Assembly (NCBI GenBank): GCA_918797485.1
Contig: CAKKNE010000001.1
Coordinates: 744,001-808,000, forward strand
Reading direction: 5' to 3'
Length of the DNA stretch: 64,000 nucleotides
Source of the DNA: Pelagomonas calceolata
Lineage: Eukaryota
The position numbers and the translations under genes are program-made. Under the pieces are notes generated by a model. The model was not told the origin of the DNA. It ran no database searches and saw only the letters and a list, made by a program, of their open reading frames with translations. Shown here piece after piece: positions 61,101-64,000 of this stretch (its first letter is position 1; every line of letters starts with the position of its first letter).

Positions 61101-61491
61101 GGAGTATTTTTGGGACACCCTATCCTTGTACCAGCGAACGCCTCGGGGCTGCGTGGGCGCGAGTCGCGTCGCTTTTATCAGCTTTGCAAGGCCATGGCCC
61201 CTCCTTGCCACTCTCTCCAGGCGGCAGACCAGCAGGCTAGCCAGAGCTCGCCGCAACCTTAGCGTGGCCGGAGAGATCCTACAGGGATTGACCGTCGTGG
61301 CTTTTGCATTTTCTAGTACCATTGCGCTAGCTTTTCATTTCAAACGCTTGCCGGACCAAGTGCTGCGTTGCTGCTTCACACAGCACGCAAAGCGAACGTG
61401 GACAGCAGCACACACGAAAGAGGACGCCAGCCGTCGCGACCGAGCGCCGAAAGCGCGTTAGAAAAGGGCAGCCCCATTCTCAGTAGCCAAG

Positions 61492-63417
61492 ATGTCGGCC
61501 CTCGTGAACGCCAACACGCGCGTGGGCATGGGCCACACGACCAGAGCGCAGCGCTCCATGCTCGCCGCGAAGGAGAGCGCGCGGCAGCGCCACGACGACG
61601 CGCGCGCGTTCCTCGACCCGATGAAGCGGAATTTGCACCGGAACGCGTGGGAGGAGAGGAACGCGCAGCGACTTGATAGGAGGAGGCGCGAGGAGGAGGC
61701 GGCGGCCGTCGCGAAGCAGGAGCAGGAGGCGGCGGAAGTGGAGGAGCGGCGGAAGCGGTTGGAAGAGCTCTACAAGAAGGAGCAGGAGGCGTGGGCGGCC
61801 TCGCCTAAAAAAGAAGTACCGGTAGAGGATGATCTCGAGCGTGCGCGAAAGATCGACGCGCGCCGCAAAGAAGAACAGAGCGAAGCGCGAGACATCGCAA
61901 GGGCTCGATTGGAGGCGTACCGACGAGCCCAGACACCCGAATACCGAGCGGCCGAGCGCCTGAAGCAGATGCATCTGCATACACAACAGAGGGCCCAGGA
62001 TTTAGTAGAGCACGCGTCCATCCCAAAGGCGGCGGCGCCGTGCGCCGTGAAGACCGACCTCGTCAATGATCACTTTATTCCTTCCGAACACAAGGCGCCG
62101 AAGTGCGAAGTCACTATTGGCTTCGACGACGACGGGGCGCGCACATTGAGTTCGGGTGCGAAGCGGCGGGCCTTTTCTCGGTGTTGCGTCGAGGCCTTTG
62201 ATGCGCCAAATGCGTTGACCGTCGAACCGCTGGGTCTAGCGGTGCGCGTGAATCAAGAGGGAAAGCCGGAATTGGCGGCGACGTTAGTCATCAAGGGCGA
62301 CCGGTCGAGCATCGAAGAGCGAGTGGAGGCGTGGGCTTCGAGGGTCGAGGCCGGCGAGGTTACGGTGCGCGGTTTAAGGGCCAAATGGGTCGATAGTGAT
62401 GCGGTCTTATTGGCGCGGCCGCCTAAACATGAAGCGCAATCTGCTTACAGGAAGGAGCTGCAGCAGGCTCAAGAACATAAGGCTTTGAGGGTCGAGGAAG
62501 AAAAAGCTGAGGAAAGAGCTCTAGAATTACAGACGACGTCGCTCTTCGAGCCGGAGAAGGATGATGAGGATGCGGTGGCTACACAACGGCGCGAGGCTAA
62601 ACAAAGGTTGGACGCGTTGGAGAAGGACGCCGCGGAACTGCGCGAGCGCCAGGCGGCCGAGAAGGCGATCCGCATCGCCGAGGAACGTACAGAGGTAGAG
62701 GAAATGCAGGCGGCGGATCGAGCGGAGTTGGAGAAGCAACGCATCGAGAAGGCGAAGAGGGTGGAGATGGAGCGCGCGTATCGGTTGGAGCTCGCGCGAC
62801 AAACCCAGCTCGAGGAAGAGATGGCCCAACAGCAGGAATCGTCATTAGAGGAGCCGTCGATGGCCGGCCTGAGCTGGAGCGAGAGAGACGCGCGCAAGGA
62901 GCAGGACCGGAAGGCCTCGGAACTCCTCCAGAAGGAGATCGAACGGGATTGGCAGGCGAAGCTCGCCGCGAAGGAGAATAGGAGACCGGTCACGTTCAAC
63001 GACGCGGAGAAGGCCTTGCGCGAGAAATTATGGAACGAGCACCGGGCGCGCCTCCAGCGGACGAAGGAATTAGCTAGAAGAGCTCACCTGAACGTCCAAG
63101 CGGAAAATTTTAAAAGAGCCCAGGACAAGCGCGAGCGCGAGGAACGGATGCGCCAGGAACGGTTAGCTGAGGCCGAGGGCGCTCCTCCTGTGGAGTTTGA
63201 TCATGATCTCCCGCCCCATTTAGCGCGGAAGCTCCACCCGTCGCTGCGCCCCGCGACGGCGGACGCTGATGCTAGAAGAGCAGCTCAAGCGCGGCGAGAC
63301 CGGCACTTTTCGATGGCTGCCGGCCGACCAGCGACGGCCGACGCCCAACGGTCGGCGGCGACGACGTGGGAGCCGCTCGCAACCTCCCAATGGAAGCCGA
63401 CGTTCCCCCAGTACTAG
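61492..63417 (+). CDS. Long charged coiled-coil (trichohyalin-like) protein with a central globular insert
   Basis: E/R/K/Q-rich helices flanking a beta-rich segment; 641-aa ORF. Confidence 0.75.
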   Translation: MSALVNANTRVGMGHTTRAQRSMLAAKESARQRHDDARAFLDPMKRNLHRNAWEERNAQRLDRRRREEEAAAVAKQEQEAAEVEERRKRLEELYKKEQEAWAASPKKEVPVEDDLERARKIDARRKEEQSEARDIARARLEAYRRAQTPEYRAAERLKQMHLHTQQRAQDLVEHASIPKAAAPCAVKTDLVNDHFIPSEHKAPKCEVTIGFDDDGARTLSSGAKRRAFSRCCVEAFDAPNALTVEPLGLAVRVNQEGKPELAATLVIKGDRSSIEERVEAWASRVEAGEVTVRGLRAKWVDSDAVLLARPPKHEAQSAYRKELQQAQEHKALRVEEEKAEERALELQTTSLFEPEKDDEDAVATQRREAKQRLDALEKDAAELRERQAAEKAIRIAEERTEVEEMQAADRAELEKQRIEKAKRVEMERAYRLELARQTQLEEEMAQQQESSLEEPSMAGLSWSERDARKEQDRKASELLQKEIERDWQAKLAAKENRRPVTFNDAEKALREKLWNEHRARLQRTKELARRAHLNVQAENFKRAQDKREREERMRQERLAEAEGAPPVEFDHDLPPHLARKLHPSLRPATADADARRAAQARRDRHFSMAAGRPATADAQRSAATTWEPLATSQWKPTFPQY

Positions 63418-63435
63418 GAGTACTCATAAGTCTTC

Positions 63436-64000
63436 TTAGTCGTCGCCGACGAACTCCGCGAGGAGCCGCTTCTTGCGCTCGGCGAGCGCGTCCTCCCAGC
63501 CCCAGTCGTCGACGAGCTCGGAGACGTCCAGGCCGCTCCGCCACACCCACTCCGTCTGCCGCTCCGAGCAGACGGACGTGTCGACGGAGGCCGCGTCGTC
63601 GACGAAGGCGGCGGCGGCGTCGTCATTGTTTTCAACGGCGTCGCCCACGAAAGCGCTGGCCGCGGCGGCCGCGGCAACGAAGGCGGCGTCCGCGGCGTCC
63701 GCGGTCGAGATAATGCGGCCATCTGGCAGCATGATGTCGGTGTCGCCGTCCACCTCGTACTCCCACGGCGGCGTCGGCGCCGGGTAGCGGGCGTCGACGA
63801 CGGGCGGCCGGCCGTCGCGGCTGTCGACGCTCTCGTCTGATGGCGAGACGGTGACCGCCGGTTTAGGCGGTTGCCGCGGCGTGCCGCTGCGCGAGCGGCG
63901 CCTGCCCGTGCTTCGTCGCTTCGGTGGCGGGCCGAAGAGCGTCTGGAGGCTGTCGAGCGGGGCCGCGGTCACGCGGCGTTTTGACGCGGCGGCGGTGCTT
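63436..64000 (-). CDS. 3' part of a hypothetical protein (start outside window)
   Basis: The open frame runs to the window edge and converges on the 61492 gene; C-terminus DWGWEDALAERKKRLLAEF. Confidence 0.55.
   Translation of the reverse strand, partial: STAAASKRRVTAAPLDSLQTLFGPPPKRRSTGRRRSRSGTPRQPPKPAVTVSPSDESVDSRDGRPPVVDARYPAPTPPWEYEVDGDTDIMLPDGRIISTADAADAAFVAAAAAASAFVGDAVENNDDAAAAFVDDAASVDTSVCSERQTEWVWRSGLDVSELVDDWGWEDALAERKKRLLAEFVGDD

Noticed and set aside
1..64000. Hundreds of overlapping or antisense ORFs in the six-frame track
   Set aside because: These are Arg/Ala/Pro-rich shadow ORFs expected at very high GC3. They lack domain motifs and overlap well-supported genes.

Overview
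This is compact, GC-rich eukaryotic nuclear DNA, most consistent with a pelagophyte alga such as Pelagomonas or Aureococcus. That assignment is an inference from bipartite signal/plastid-type presequences, spliceosomal GT/GC-AG introns, Introner-type elements with 8-bp target-site duplications, and lineage-style MYND-RINGv-TPR and ankyrin gene families. About 40 protein-coding genes or gene fragments are packed mostly as alternating divergent and convergent pairs. Recognisable genes include a DHRS1-like SDR, kinase-less Mad3/BUB1, hemF, an epsin-related ENTH protein, HisRS, RAD51C, NDK, FRA10AC1, calnexin, a 4CL-like ligase, a PH-PDZ formin, a J-protein, a receiver protein, CSTPP1/C11orf49, RING-Arb2 and a SET protein. 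I could support no rRNA, tRNA or CRISPR array. The strongest structure not explained by the ORF track is: (1) a bipartite CTAGCG-N(2-4)-GTAAGRCACTAG element in the middle of almost every divergent promoter and in no convergent spacer; (2) four copies of one TIR/TSD-bounded intron-generating transposon family, spliced in both orientations; (3) a CpG-rich motif ACGCCRTCGMCGCGAC shared by those elements, ordinary introns and UTRs; (4) a CHASE-like/PAS/PAS membrane sensor with no histidine kinase but an unusual toxin-like C-terminal output; and (5) several 5'-truncated, frameshifted or fused genes.
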